From Mobula hypostoma (taxonomy: Eukaryota), in the NCBI RefSeq assembly GCF_963921235.1, contig NC_086108.1:81098001-81162000 (forward strand): a stretch of 64,000 bases of DNA, written 5' to 3'. Positions 1-13,231 of the stretch are shown here, in pieces. A program made the translations under genes and the position numbers. Position 1 is the first letter of the stretch. Each line of letters begins with the position of its first letter. Under the pieces are notes generated by a model that worked only from the letters and a program-made list of their open reading frames with translations, made no database searches and was not told the origin of the DNA.

Positions 1-445
1 GAGCACGGTAGGAGTAATGTTCTGAACTGCATATATACGTAGATTGGATTTTGAGTTTAGGACATGGATCAGCACGTGGAATTATGACATTGTAGCCATG
101 AGTGAGACTTGGTTGCAGGAGGGGCAGGATTGGCAACTCAGTGTTCCAGGGTTCCGATGGTTTTGACATGATAAAGCAGGAGAGATTAAAAGGAGAAGAG
201 TGGCGTTACTAGTCAGTGAAATTGTCATGGCAGTGCTCAGTCAGGACAGACTGGAGAGCTTGTCTAGTGAGATTTCATGGGTAGAATTGAGGAATAAGAA
301 AGGTATGACCATGTTAATGGGATTATATTTTAGACCATCTGATAGTCTGTGGGATTCAGAGAAGCAAATTCGGAGACAGGTAGCAGACTGTTGCAAGAAA
401 CATAAGGCTGTGATAGTAGTAATTCTAACTTTCCACATATTGACA
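1..445 (+). mobile_element. CR1/HER1-type LINE ORF2, endonuclease region remnant
   Basis: ORF 200-640 begins with an APE-like CR1 peptide (SEISWVELRNKKGMTMLMGLYFRP). It breaks at ~445, resumes briefly at ~1415-1440 and continues at ~5101. Confidence 0.85.
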
Positions 446-1410
446 CATCCAGAAGAAGATGGTGCCAACAAAGCTACCAAGGGTGCTATCCTCCAGACGG
501 ATCACAAGGCAACTCCGTTCACTTCTTTTACATCTCCTTCACATTTCAGATGTGGTTCTGCTGCAGTTGGAGCCTGTCACCTACATTCTGCATGTGTGCT
601 TTCTGGCCCATTGGACGATCTGGTGATTTGCTTTCTCTGAGAGGTTTCCACGAGGCTGAGAGTAAAGTGGGTGGCATAGAGGTCAGGAAGCCTGGAGACG
701 GGGCTTGAGCCCATCGTTGACTCCATCTCTCACCGATCTCACCAATTAAAGCTCTGCGGAAGATTGAAATCATCAAGGTGGATGCAGACACGAAGGTGCC
801 TGCGTGTGACTGTCCATCTCTTCCTCTCCCACTGTTCCCAAGAGAAGGTCCTTGCGTTCAAGTGATCTCACCGTCTCACTCGATGCTGTCAGAGGATGGT
901 GCGGGAGCAAGGTTTAGTTGATGCGGTTTGTAGATTGGACCCTAATTCACATTACGGTGTGTTCTATTTTCTGGTCGCTCCTTTTTATTGTTGCTCTTTT
1001 TGGGTGATTTTTGAATGGGGGCAGCCTGCGGATAATGACCACTGAGCTGAACTAAAATATGCCTTTGATTTTGTGCTTTTTGTTGCTGCTTGCATAATTT
1101 TTTTTGCGTGGGGAGGAGGAGAGGTTTGATGTTTTTTCATTGAGTGGGTTTCTTTGAATTGAATTGAACTGAATTGACTTTATTTCTTACTTCCTTCACA
1201 TACGTGAGGAGTAAAAATCTTTACGTTACGTGTCCGTCTAAATGTGCAATGTGCAATCATAGTAATTTATAATAATTTATAATAAATAGAACAGTCAATG
1301 TAACATAGACTGTTTTGAGTCAATCTGTGGGAGGGCAAATCTCAGGGTTGGATACGACACACATACTTTGATAAGAAATGTACTTTGAATCCTTTGATCC
1401 CTTTGTCTTT
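446..1410 (+). mobile_element. Non-autonomous retroelement with Rex/Babar-type 3' tail
   Basis: Starts with AAGATGGTGCC (456-466). Ends with CATACTTTGATAAGAAATGTACTTTGAATCCTTTGATCCCTTTG, a tail type also seen at ~20900, ~21910, ~37350, ~60960 and ~61300 (minus). No coding capacity. Confidence 0.6.
1156..1309 (-). mobile_element. 5'-truncated LINE 3' end with (TTCAA)n tail
   Basis: (GAATT)n microsatellite followed by TTTATT (AATAAA on the minus strand); interrupts the 446-1410 element. Confidence 0.5.
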
Positions 1411-1440
1411 GATTTGGACTCCCAAACTCTAACTGGGCTG

Positions 1441-3955
1441 TGTTATGTTTTGTAACTCCAGTTATGAACTAATTAAAATTAAGACTCAGAGCCAGGAATA
1501 GCACAACTTAGTTTCACTTTACATTAGTGAGACACACACTTATGACGTGGTGGTGTGATGACGTGCGCCATTCATGTACTTTTACATTTAACCCACAGTG
1601 CATTATATAAATAACGAAGAATGTTTGATTAAACAATATATTTACAAAAGTACTTAAATATTACTAAAATATTAAATACACAACACTCCTCCCTGCTTAG
1701 CTGTAAACTCCAACTCAATATAGATCGCACCTCAAATATATACACAGTATACTATATTATACAGCTACGAAAAAGACATCCATTGCATAATAAATTTTAA
1801 ATTGTTTCATTCAGGCCTAACAATTTAAACCCCGTGGAAGCTTTCTTAGGCTACGTCGACACTAGACCAGATAAATTCATAACCAAAGCTTTTTCTCTTC
1901 GTTTTGACCCTCCATCCACACTGAAATGGCGTTTTCCTCCCCCAAAAACGGAGCTTTTCTAAAACGCTCTCCAGGGTGTGTAAGTCTGAATACGCCGGAT
2001 GGGCGGTGTAGTGTGTACGGGGTTACCGGAGCGTTTTAAGAACGCTATCATGACGTGCCGGAGCAGATGGTGGTGGCAGCGCGGTATTTCATTGTTTTCT
2101 TGAACGCATATAACGTTCTTTATGGCCGTCGAGGATGTCATTATATTTGGTTTGGCACGACTCCCAGTCCATGTTCTCCACTGCTTTGCTGATTTTGTAG
2201 TCGTTGGTAACTCACAGAAGCAGCTTGGCTTCATCGCCTGTCCAAATGAAGAAGTCCAGTCTGCTTTTTCCAGTGGAGGTTTTCCTTGTATTCCTCGAAG
2301 ACATTGTTGAAAACTCTTTTTTTGCTGTTGTTGTAGGTACTCTAGTTTTTGACCAATGGAAATAGCACAATGGTGCCGCGGAAACGGAAATAGTATACTG
2401 TTTCCTCTTCGCTTGTTCTCTGTAGATGTGTCCTGTGCATGCCCGGTAGGAGGAAATTCGCCCAAATACCCGTTTTAATGTGGACGGAGGTATTTTCAAA
2501 AACGCCTGGTGTGGATGCCTATCGTTTTTATACAAAACCGACGTTTTCAAAATTATCTGGTCTAGTGTGGATGTAGCCTACTCTTGTTGGAAAATGTTTT
2601 TCCTGACCGGGGTGGGGGATGGGGGTCACTCTGCTTGCCAGGTGAGACTTGTGGCTGCGAAACAATCTCAGGTTCTGGGGCCTCCTCTGTGGTGGTTGAA
2701 GGAGTTGACTCTGCAGGAAATGGTTCTGACAGCTCTGGCCACCTTTCTTCCCTGACAATTGACTCTGCTCTTCTCAGCTGATCAATGTGTCGATTCAAGA
2801 TGATATCGGACACAATCTCCAGTGTGTAGGAGAGTGGTCCAGTTCTGTCAATCTTTCCAGGTATCCACTTTTGGTCATTTCTGTACTCCTGCGTTTTGTG
2901 TGCTTCTCCAGGAGTGAAACATCAAACCTCAATGTTCGAGGAGCCTTTAATTAGTCTCAGCAGTTTGTCTTGCAAATCCCTTCTGAAATTGGGTTTGAGG
3001 AGATCTAAATGTGAGCACAAGGGATGACCCAGGAACAGCAGAGCCATTGAGTTGTTGGTTCTGTAGTGTGCTGCATTGTAATATACAAGGAAGAAATTAG
3101 CGAGCTTGTGATTCCGTGTTAGTGCAGTGTGTTCTGCTGATGTTCTTTAGACTCCGAATAAACCTTTCTGCCAACCAATTTGTAGCTGGCTAGTTCTGTA
3201 CAGATGTAATATGTCTTAAACCATTCATTTTCAGGAATGATTGAAACTGTCCCAAAACTAACTGTGGTCCATTGTCACTGACTAGGTGTTCTAGAACACC
3301 AGTCATTGAGACGAGGCTTCTCAACGCATTAACAGTGTGCAAGGCTGTCGTGGAGGCAACTGGAAACACTTCTGGTCACTATGTAACTGCATCCACTACT
3401 ACCAAGAAATTTGTGCCCGTGAATGGTCCGGTAAAATCCACATGAATCTGCCAGTGCAGGCCGTTCCCAGGGATGGAGAGGCACTACACATGGCACATTC
3501 TGAATGTGTTGGCATCCCAAACAGTGCATGGCATGTTGCTCTAATCTGCAGATCTATCCCAGGCCACTAGACGAAGGTTCGAGCCAATATTTTCCATTTT
3601 GACCACATCTAGATGAATAGATGGGACAACAACTCTCAATTTAATCTCTTCATAAGGCAACCTCCATCAAGGGCAAGTTCATCCCAACACTGGTAAAGAT
3701 GGGGGAAACTGAGATTTCCACTGCACATATAGACCTGAGATAGTGTGGAGTCTAATCTGGTTTTCCATTGGGTCATCTCTGCCATAATAGGGGGACCTTT
3801 GATTTGTGTTAGGGATAATATGTTGAGGAGTATCCTCTTCTGTAAATTTTTCAGGTATCTCCTTTTCCGAGGGTAAATAAGACTATCCATTAACATTCGC
3901 ATGATAAGTTGTCCTCTTGAATTTGAACTTGTAACTGTGTCCACGAAGAAACAAA
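1441..3955 (-). mobile_element. Decayed Ty3/Gypsy LTR retrotransposon: 3' LTR plus integrase
   Basis: LTR TGTT...AACA at 1441-1685 with adjacent PPT (AGCAGGGAGGAG on minus, 1686-1697). Minus-strand integrase motifs WQIHVDFTGPF, HLVSDNGPQ, TNWLAERFI and RHIDQLR, broken by stops and frameshifts. Confidence 0.85.
1849..2578 (-). mobile_element. TIR MITE, PIF/Harbinger-like, carrying a Myb/SANT-like gene remnant
   Basis: 26-bp TIRs GGCTACGTCGACACTAGACCAGATAA / TTATCTGGTCTAGTGTGGATGTAGCC (2 mismatches) with TA duplicated on both sides. The minus frame from ATG 2304 reads FFIWTGDEAKLLL*VTNDYKISKAVENMDWESCQTKYNDI. Confidence 0.85.
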
Positions 3956-3959
3956 CCTC

Positions 3960-5015
3960 TTAGAATCACAGTGAAGTACAGCACAGAAACAGGCCCTTCA
4001 GCCCATCTGGTTCATGCTGAAAACCATTTAAACTGCCTATTCCCAAAGACCTGCACTGGGACCATAGTCCTCCATAACTCTACTATCCAAACTTCTCTTA
4101 AACATTGAAATGGACCACTTGTGCTGGCATCTCATTCACAATCTCATGACCCTCTGAGCAAAGAAGTTCCCCCTCATGTTCCCCTTAAACATCTCACCTT
4201 TCACTCTTAAGCCATGACCTCTGGTTGTAATTTCACCCAAACTCAGTGGAAAAAGCCTGCTCACTTTTACCCATATTTATACCCCTCACAATTTTGTATA
4301 CCTCTATCAAATCTCCTCTCAACAAATCTTCTCTGTTCTAAAGAATATAGTTTTAACTTATTCAATCTTTCCTTATAACTCAGGACCTCCAGACTTGGCA
4401 ACATCCTTGTAAGTTTTCTCTACACACTTTCAACCTTGTTTACATCTTTCCTGTAGGTTGGTGACCAAAACTGCGCACAATACTCCAAATTAGGCCTCAC
4501 CAATGTCTTATACAATTTCAACATAACATCCCATCTTCTATACTCAATACGTTGATTTATGAAAGCCAATGTGCCAAAAGCTTTCTTTATGACCCTATCT
4601 ACCTGTGACACCACTTTCAATGAATTATGTACCTGCATTCCCAGATCTCTTTGTCCTAAAACACTCCTCAGTGCCCTACCATTCACTGTGTAAGACCTAC
4701 CCTGGTTGGTCCGACCAAAGTGAAAAACCTCACACTTCTCTGCATTAATTTCCATCTGCCATTTTTCAGCCCATTTTTTCAGCTGATGCAGATCCCTCTG
4801 CAAACCCTGAGCCTTCGTCACTAAGCACTACACCCCCAGTCTTGGTGTCATCTGCAAATTTGCTGATCCAGTTAACCACAATATCATCCAGATCATTGTC
4901 ATAAAGATGACAAACAACAATGGACCCAGCACCAATCCCTGTGGCACACCACTAGTCACAGGCAAGCCTCTATGAGCACACACTGGCTTCTCCCACAAAG
5001 CCAATTCCTATTCCA
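3960..5015 (-). mobile_element. CR1/HER1-type LINE 3' fragment
   Basis: ORF 4420-4821 is the CR1 RT C-terminus (WAEKWQME...LYKTLVRPNLEYCAQFWSP); the 3' tail is at ~3960. Confidence 0.9.
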
Positions 5016-5100
5016 ACATATTTACCACATGACTCAAATATTACTGATATACAACACTTCCTCATCACACAATTATGTTTGTAACTCCAAAACATAAAAC

Positions 5101-6990
5101 TGGTTTTCAAGAGATATTGAGGCTCTGGTTAAGAAAAAGGAGGTGCATGGCAAGTAGGAACAAATCAGATATTTGAGGAGTATAATAAATGTAAAAGAAC
5201 ACTGAAGAAGGAAATCAGGAGGATGAAAAGAAGTCATGAAGCTGCCCTTGCAGACAAGGACCTAAGGACCTACAGATACGTTAAGAGCAAAAGGATAGCA
5301 AGGGACAAAATTGATCCTCTGGAAGATCAGAATTGTATCTCTGTGTGGAGCTGAAAGAGATGGAAGCATTTTTAAAATGGACTTTTTGCATTTGTATTTG
5401 GTTGGGAGATGGACATGGAGCTTATAGAAGTGAGGCAAAGCAGCAATGAGGTCTTCAACCCCATACAGATTACAGAGGAGGAGGTGTTTGTGGTATCCTG
5501 AGGCAAATTAGGGTGGATAAATCCCCAGTACCTGACAAAGTGTTCCCTCAGACCCTGTGTGAGGCTACTGCAGACATTGCAGGGACCCTAGCCAGACTTT
5601 AAACATCCTTAGCCATGTGTGAGGTGCTGGAGGATTGGAGGATAGCTAATGCTGTTTCATTGTTTAAGAATAAACCAGAAAATTATTGGCCGGTGATCCT
5701 GACATCAGTTGTGGGAATGTCATTGGAAGGGATTCTAAGAGACTGAATATTTAGGTATTTAGATAGACAGGGAAGGATAGTCAGAATGGCTTCGTATGTG
5801 GTAAATCATGTCTAACCAATCTTATAGAGTTTTTCATGGAAATTACCAGGACAGTTAATGAAGGCAAGAAAGTGAATGTTGTCTACAATTTGACAAGGAC
5901 TCACACATGAGGTTGCTTAAGGAGGTTCAGTTGCTTGGAATTCAAGATAAGGTAGTAAAATAGATGCCTCTCTGATTGGAGGCCTGTGACTAGTGACAGG
6001 GATTGGTCTTGCACCCATTGGTGCTTGTCATCTATGTCAACGATCTGGATATCAATGATAATGTAGTTAACAGGATCAGCAAATTTACGGATGATACTAA
6101 ATTTGGGGGTATAGTAGACAGTGAGGAAGACTATCAAAGTCTGTAGTGGGATCTGGACCAGCTGGAAAAATGGGCTGAAAATGGCAGATGGAATTTAATG
6201 CAGACAAGTGTGAGGCATTGCAGTTTGGGAGGACCAACCAGGTTAGGTTCTGCAAGGTGAGCAGTAGGGTACTGAGGAGTGTGGTAGAACGGAGGGATCT
6301 GAGAATACAGATCCATAATTCCTGGAGAGTGGCATCACAAATAGATAGGGCCATAAAGAAAGCTTTTGGCACATTGGCCTTCATAGATCAATATATTGAG
6401 TACAGGAGTTAGGATGTTATGTTGAAATTGTATAAGATGTTGGTTATGGCTAATTTTGAATATTGTGTACAGTTTTGGTCACCTGCCTACAGGAAAGATA
6501 TAAATAAGGTTGAAAGAGTGCTGACAAAATTTACAAAGACGTTGCCAGGACTTGAGGACCAGAGTTATAGGGGAAGGTTGACTAGGTTAGAACTTTCTTC
6601 TCTGGAACGTAGCAGATTGTGGGGAGATTTGATAGCATTATACAAAATTATGAGGGGTGTAGATAGGGTAAATGCCAGCAGGCTTTTTGCACTGAGGTTG
6701 GGTGAGACTACTACTAGAAGTCATTGGTTAAGGGGAAAAGCTGAAATGTTTAAGAGGAATTTGAGGGGAACTTCTTCACTCAGACAGCAGTGAGAGTGTG
6801 GGATGAGCTGTCAATGGAAATGGGGGATGTAGGGTCCATTTCAACATTGAAGAGAAATTTGGATAAGTACATGGATGGGAAGGGTATGGAAGTCTATGGT
6901 CCAGGTGCAGGTCAATGGGACTAGGCAGATTAATGGTGTGGCATAGTCTAGATGAGTCAAAGGGCCTGTTTCTATGATGTGGTGTTCTAC
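5101..6990 (+). mobile_element. CR1/HER1-type LINE ORF2 RT region and 3' end (continuation of 1-445)
   Basis: ORFs 6188-6412 and 6419-6793 are CR1 RT C-terminal peptides; 3' tail GGGCCTGTTTCTATGATGTGGTGTTCTA. Confidence 0.9.
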
Positions 6991-7365
6991 ATATTTGGTA
7001 GAATGATTGATGGTGGATGCATGAACTATGTGGTAACTTTTATGAATGAAATATATCTCGCGAGAAAGTAAAATAAAACATTTTAAACAATCTTAATAGA
7101 GTGATCTGAGTTATGTGCACCCACCTTGTACCTGCATCCATCCTGACGGACTCAGCAAGAGGCTTAATGCAACACAGAGACAAGGCAGAGGAGAGGACAA
7201 CATTGAACAGCACAAGATTTGGCTGGGAAGCTTTCTGCTTCCCGCTCTTGAATTATAACTATTGCAATCACCTCCTTTTTTGGAGAGTGTGGTCATCAAA
7301 ATTATATGGGATGTTCTATCAAAGTTCTTTCTCTGTTCCAAGCTGACTGATATTTGGCCTTGGCC

Positions 7366-7488
7366 TGAAATGTCAGCTGTTTACTCTTTTCCAAAGATGC
7401 TGCCTAGCCTGTTGAGTTCCTCCAGCACTTTGTGTGTGTTGCTTTGGATTACCAGCATCTGCAGATTTTCTCCTGTTTGTGATGTTTG
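7366..7488 (+). repeat. Penelope-like terminal repeat fragment
   Basis: GATGCTGCCTAGCCTGTTGAGTTCCTCCAGCAC...CAGCATCTGCAGATTTTCTC; same family as 43480-43590, 57998-58131 and 63581-63716. Confidence 0.7.
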
Positions 7489-7984
7489 ATTCCCGTCTTG
7501 CTGACAAGTGATTGTGTCCTTGAGCAGCACATGGCTGCCATGGAGACTTCCTGTCAGGTGTGGAGTAAGTCTGATGTGCTTGAGTCAGCACTTCCACAAC
7601 AGATGGGACTCCCTTGGTGATGACAGACTCAATTTTGTTCACCATCTTATGCTGTAATCCAGAGTCAGACCGCAGATTGTTGAGCTCCTGAGACTAGTTC
7701 CAAGTGACTTTTGGAGGTAGAGACAACCAGAGCTACGTGAGGTAATATTATTTGGCAAATGGTCTGACCGATCCTTTATTCCCTTCACTGGAGGGAAAAC
7801 AAGCCAATTGTCAAGCTTTGTGGAGAAAAAAACTGAGCTATATCATAGATAGACAACTTATGCTTTCATGTTACAGCAAATGTGATCTCACTTTGCTGTG
7901 GTGAGTTATCTGGAATTAGAGACTCTGATATTCAGTCTGAAGGATTGCAACTTATGCAGATAGAGAGTGAGGTTCTGTTTCCTT

Positions 7985-10192
7985 AAAGAAACATTAGGAG
8001 GGAAAAGATGAAATATGAAAGCAAGCTAGCAAACAATATCAAAGTGGATAGTAAAAGATTTTTCAAGTATGTTAAAAATAAAAGAGAGCTGAGAGTGGAT
8101 ATAGGACTGCTAGAAAGTGAGGCCTGAGAAATAATAACGAGGGGCAAGGAGGTGGCAGATGAACTAAATGAGTATTTTGCATCAGTCTTCACTGTGGAAG
8201 ACACTAGCAGTGTGCCAGATGTTGAATGGTGTGAGGGAAATGAAGTGAGTGCAGTTGCTATTACAAAGGAGAAGGTGCTCAAAAAACTGAAAGAGCTAAA
8301 GGTACATAAGTCACCCAAACTAGATGTGCTGCACCCTAGGGTTCTGAAAGAAGTAGCGGTAGAGATGGTGGAGGATTAGAAATGATATTTCAGAAATCAT
8401 TGAACTCTGGCATGGTGCCAGAGGACTAGAAAATTGCAAATGTCACTCCACTCCTTAAGAAAGGAGGAAGGCAGCAGAAAGGAAATTATAGATCAGTTAG
8501 CATAACCTCAGTGATTGGGAAGATGTTGGAGTCAATTGTTAAGGATGAGCTTATGGAGTACTTGATGACACAAGACAGGATAAGGCAAAGTCAGGATGGT
8601 TTCTTTAAGGGAAAATCCTGCCCTATGAACCTGCTAGACTTCTTTGAGGAGATTACAAGTAGAATGGATAAAGGGGATGCAGTGCATGCTTTATATTTGG
8701 ATTTTCAGGAGGCCTTTGACAAGGTGCCACACATGAGGCTGCTTACCAAGTTAAGAGCCCATGGTATTACAGGAAAGTTACTAACATGGTTAGAGCATTG
8801 ACTGATTGCTAGGAGGCAGCGGGTGGGAATAAAAGGATCCTTTTCTGGTTGGCTGTCAGTGACTAGTAGTGTTCCGCAGGGGTCTGTGTTGGGACCGCTT
8901 CTTTTCATGCTGTATATAAATGATTTAGATGATGGAATAGATGGCTTTCTTGCCAAGTTTTCAGACAATATGAAGATTGGTGGAGGGGTAGGTAGTGTTG
9001 AGGATGCAGGTAGGATGCAGAAGGGCTTAGACAGATTAGGAGAATGGGCAAGAAAGTGGCAAATGAAATACAATGTTGGAAAATGAATGGTCATGCACTT
9101 GGGTAGTAAAAATTAATGTGTGGACTATTTACTAAATGGGGAGAACATCCAGGAATCTGAGATGCAGAGGAACTTGGGAGTCTTTGCGCAGAACACCCTG
9201 AAGGTTAATTTACAGGTTGGGTCGATGGTGAGGAAGGCAAATACAATGTTAGCGTTCATTTCAAGAGGTCTAGAACACAAGAGCAAGAATGTGATGCTGA
9301 GGCTTTATAAGGCACTGGTGAGGCCTCACTTTGAGTATTGTGCACAGTTTTGGACCCCTCATCTTAGAAAAGATGTGCTGGCATTGGAGAGGGTTCAGAG
9401 GAGGCTCACAAGGATGATTCCAGGATTGAAAGGGTAATCATATGAGGAATATCTGATGGCTCTGTGTCTGTACTTGTGGCGTGTGGCCAAGTGGTTAGGG
9501 TGTTGGGCTCACAATCCGAAGGCTGCGGGTTTGAGTCTCGGCCAAGGCAGTGTGTTGTGTCTTTGAGCAAGGCACTTAACTACATACTACTCCAGTCCAC
9601 CCAGCTGAAAACGGGTACTGGCAAATGCTGGGGGTTAACCTCACGATAGACTGGCGTCCCATCTGGGAGGGAGTCTCGTACTCTCAGTGGCTTCACGCCA
9701 CAGAAACCGGCATAAGCACTGGCCTGATGGGCCACAAGGCTTGTGACAGACTTTAACTTTTTTTAACCATGTCAGTACTCACTGGAATTCAGAAGGATGA
9801 GGGGGGATCTCATTGAAACCTTCTGAATGTTGAAAGGCCTAGAGAAAGTAGATGTGGAAAGAATGTTTTCCATGGTGGGGGAGTCTAGGACATGGGGGCA
9901 CAACCTCAGGATAGAGGGTTGTCCATTTAAAACAGGAATGTGTGGGTTTCTTTAGCCAGAGGGTGGTGAATTTGTGGAATTTGTTACCACAGACAACTGT
10001 GGAGGCCAGGTTGTTGGATGTACTTAAGACGGAGGTTGATAGATTCTTGATTGGCCACAGCATCAAAGGGTATGGGGAAAAGGCCAGGGACTGGAGTTGA
10101 GGAGGGTTAAAAAAGGATCAGCCATGATTGAATAGGAGTGCAGATTCAATGGGCCAAATAACCTATTTCTGCTGCTGTGTCTCATGGTTTTG
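7985..10192 (+). mobile_element. CR1 LINE, 5'-truncated, decayed RT
   Basis: ORFs 8152-9437 carry RT motifs (YLDFQEAFDKVPH, VPQGSVLGPLLF, FSDNMKIGG); CR1 3' UTR at ~10120-10190. Confidence 0.92.
9475..9769 (+). mobile_element. tRNA-derived SINE with CORE-like segment, inserted in CR1
   Basis: A box TGGCCAAGTGG, B-box-like GGTTTGAGTCT and GTGTCTTTGAGCAAGGCACTTAAC; 10-bp TSD TGTCTGTACT (9465-74) / TGTCAGTACT (9770-79). Confidence 0.85.
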
Positions 10193-10194
10193 AG

Positions 10195-10790
10195 CCTCTA
10201 CTGGGCTTCATTATAACAGTGCAGAATGCTGGGTCAGAATGTGCGAGTGATGGAGAATTAAAGAAGCAGGCAGTTTGATTCTGAGAACTGAACTCTGCAA
10301 AAGTGATTACAACCTGATTTTGGTTTCTCTGATGCAGAGGAACACTGAATGTAGTAAGCCAGAAGCAAGGAATTAGTGTGAGTGTAATTGCTGCTTCATC
10401 TGTAAGGACTATTTAGGTGGATAGAGAAGAGGTGAAGAGTCTGGTATTGTATTGCAAAGAGTTATACAAAGGGTGTGGATGGTAGGAACTGAAAGCTGAC
10501 GAGGAAGCTGTGAAGGGATTGTTTAAAGAGGAGTGGAAGATGTGGTGGAATTTTTTTGAACCTGGAAGAAATTATGAACACTAATACGTTGAATATGGAG
10601 ACTGGTGGGGTGGAATGCGAGGGTCATGGTAAATAAATCTGCCCTTGCTCTGTCCAGAAAAAGAGGGGTGAGAGCAGAGGTGCAGGACATTGACAAAATG
10701 CTGTCAAGAACTCCATTAACCTTGATGGAGAAGACAGACACTTCAGTTCAGGAAGAAAGGAGCTATTTCAAAGGCACTTGTGTGCAAATT
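10195..10790 (-). mobile_element. Penelope-like element ORF remnant
   Basis: ORF 10523-10741 (LAFHPTSLHIQRISVHNF) resembles the PLE RT-to-GIY-YIG linker; similar peptide at ~27200-27390. Confidence 0.65.
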
Positions 10791-10811
10791 TCGGAATTAT
10801 CTGTGGAAGGA

Positions 10812-11097
10812 GATAAGTAGCAGTTTAGCGCAGAGCTATTACAGCTCGGGGCATCGGAGTCCGGTGTTCAATCCCGGCATCCATTGTAAGGAATCTCTGT
10901 ACGTCCTCCCTGTGGAATGCGTGGCTTTTCCCCGGATCCTCAGGTTTCCGCCCATGGTCCAAAGACGTACTGGTTAGGTTAGTTGATCATGGTAAATTGT
11001 CCTCTGATTAGGTTCGGGTTGTCAGCAGGGGCTGGGTGGTGTAGGTCCAAGGACCGGAAGGGCCTATTCCGTGCTGTATCTCTAAATAAAAATAAAA
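10812..11097 (+). mobile_element. V-SINE (HE1-like)
   Basis: tRNA-like head, V domain (TGCGTGGCTTTTCCCCGG...GGTTTCCGCCCATGGTCCAAAGAC), CR1-type tail GGGCCTATTCCGTGCTGTATCTCT and an A-rich end. Confidence 0.85.
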
Positions 11098-13231
11098 GAA
11101 GATGAGTTCACATTTCAGGTTGAGAATGACCATTCCTCAGAGTTGCCTTATGGCAGAAGACCCCAGCTTCCATTGTGGCACAGCAGAATAGCTTAGTTAA
11201 GATCGCAATAGTTAATCTTTAATGACTTGGACTTCTCTTAGTTTTCTTGAATGTGAACTGATTTCTGATTCATTTTGTGCAGCTTTGTTGTTTGTATGCT
11301 GTATCAAATCTACCGTGGATGATCAGTTTTTCATTAAAACATTTGATCGGAAAAAGTGAATGGGTGCTGCTTTTCAAGCCCTGTTTTCTGTCAGCCAAGC
11401 ACAGGATTCTGCTGCCAGGATTCTGAATTACCACAGTTAGCTGACACTCTGAGACTGCGATCCACCTCCTGGTGGACTGGAAAACCTGCAGATTCCCTAG
11501 TCTGGAGGAATAGTGGTGAGTCTGGGAAGGATGGCTGCTTCTGTCCCTGGTTGCATTGCGAGTCAAGTGGGCCCATGACTCAGCTTTTGACAGATAAGAG
11601 AGGGGAAAGAGCTCTATGACTAGACTTTCACAAAGAATATTTATAGCAGTCACTGCCCTCCTGAAGTCTGATGATTTGCAACTGACTGCTCAAGTGATTA
11701 CTGACCCTTAATTGCACAAATAGTACAAATGCAGGGACTAGTTCTGCCACTGTGTGAATACCATTTACATAACATGATTTGATTTCACAAAGGAGATTGT
11801 TGCAAGAGGCTCGCTAGTCCCTTTGTACATTCTATGAGTTTCACCTGCAGGCGTGGAAGTGCCCGACCAAGGGTTGCATCTGGTGCTTTGAGCTCTATAG
11901 TTGTCATTTATGCTTTGCAAATGACTTGCATGGCAAATCAATCTCTCAAATCTGTGCCATTAGTCAAACTTAAAAAGCTTGTACTACGTGGTTGAATTTC
12001 TAGGTCACAATGTTCTCCTAATCCTTTTCCTTTTAATCCTTTTCCCTTTTGAAATACTCCCTAAATTCCAAATCAGACAAATTGTGCAATATCTAGTTGA
12101 CTTGAATGTGGACTTCACAGTGTTTCTTAGTTCAGTTTTAAATGTGAAATGGGGCAATCATTGAAAGAAGGGTGAAGAATGGAGTTACCCTGTTTCTCAG
12201 CAAATACACTGGTGTTTTATAAACTGATATAACCATAACTTATAGACAACATAAACATATGTTCAGAACATAAGTTCTGAAATAAATCTGGCCTTGAGAG
12301 TCTGCATATGGAAGGAGTGAAGAATTTTTAAAAAGTCAATAGAATAGTCAATCTTTTATGAGTTGGAATTATTTTCCGTGAAGGTGAATGTTTCGCTGAT
12401 TTCTGATTCACCTTGTGCATCTTCTTGTGCAGGAACAGATCTGGTGCAGATGATTAAAGCATTTGATCAGTTGTCAAAGGGTGTATTTTCTTGTTTATCA
12501 AACTGAGTAAATCTCCTACTCAACTTGAATTAATCTAGCTTTACAACATGCACAAGAAATCCCTGCTAGAGCCCCTGTAATCAGTGTGTCTACACACTCC
12601 AGCCCCAATTCAACAACAAGGCATTCTGTTTATTCACGATAACCACAAACTGCCATTCCAAACATTTTAAAATGGCAGGTTATAATTCTTGTAAAGGAAA
12701 ATCCTTTCTCTTGCTGGAGAACAAAATAAGGGCCTCTGTTGCTTATGTTTTCAGAGCAAGCGATCTGTTTTTTTAATGTTATTGAAGTCAAGCCAACATT
12801 GTAATTTTGCCTCAAAACAACACAGTGCTGTATTGGTACAAAAGCAAAATTATGTGCTTCCTGGAATAAGAACAGAAAAATATAAGAAATAGAAACAGGT
12901 GTAGGCGTCTGTAGTATTGTTCTTCCCATGCTCTTACATTTAGTAAGATGACTGCTGATTTTGTGCCTTGAGTCCACATTCCCACTTGATTCACATATCT
13001 TCTGATTCCCCTAAATAAAATGTAAAAATGCTCAGTGTAGCAAACCAGAGCGTATGAAGAGAGATCAGCATTTCAGATTAGTAGTTGCTCATGAGTGATG
13101 TGACTATAGAACACCTTACACGATATAAGAAATTCAATAGAAGCCATACAGGCTGATAGAGGCGAAAGTGGTAAACAGAAATCCATCTAGAGAGGAGAGC
13201 CAAGCCCCTTCGAGGTTAAAATTCCTGGATG

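Noticed and set aside
9475..9550. tRNA genes at 9475 and 14988
   Set aside because: A/B boxes are present but they run into SINE bodies bounded by TSDs; these are SINE heads.
11101..11147. Additional hammerhead-like motif on the minus strand (CTGAGGA...GAAA)
   Set aside because: Stem I does not pair and the cleavage triplet is GUG; at best a dead copy.
11395..11515. Possible exon (TTTTCTGTCAG ... GTGAGT) with an open frame
   Set aside because: The peptide resembles nothing I recognise and there are no compatible neighbouring exons; it needs RNA-seq.
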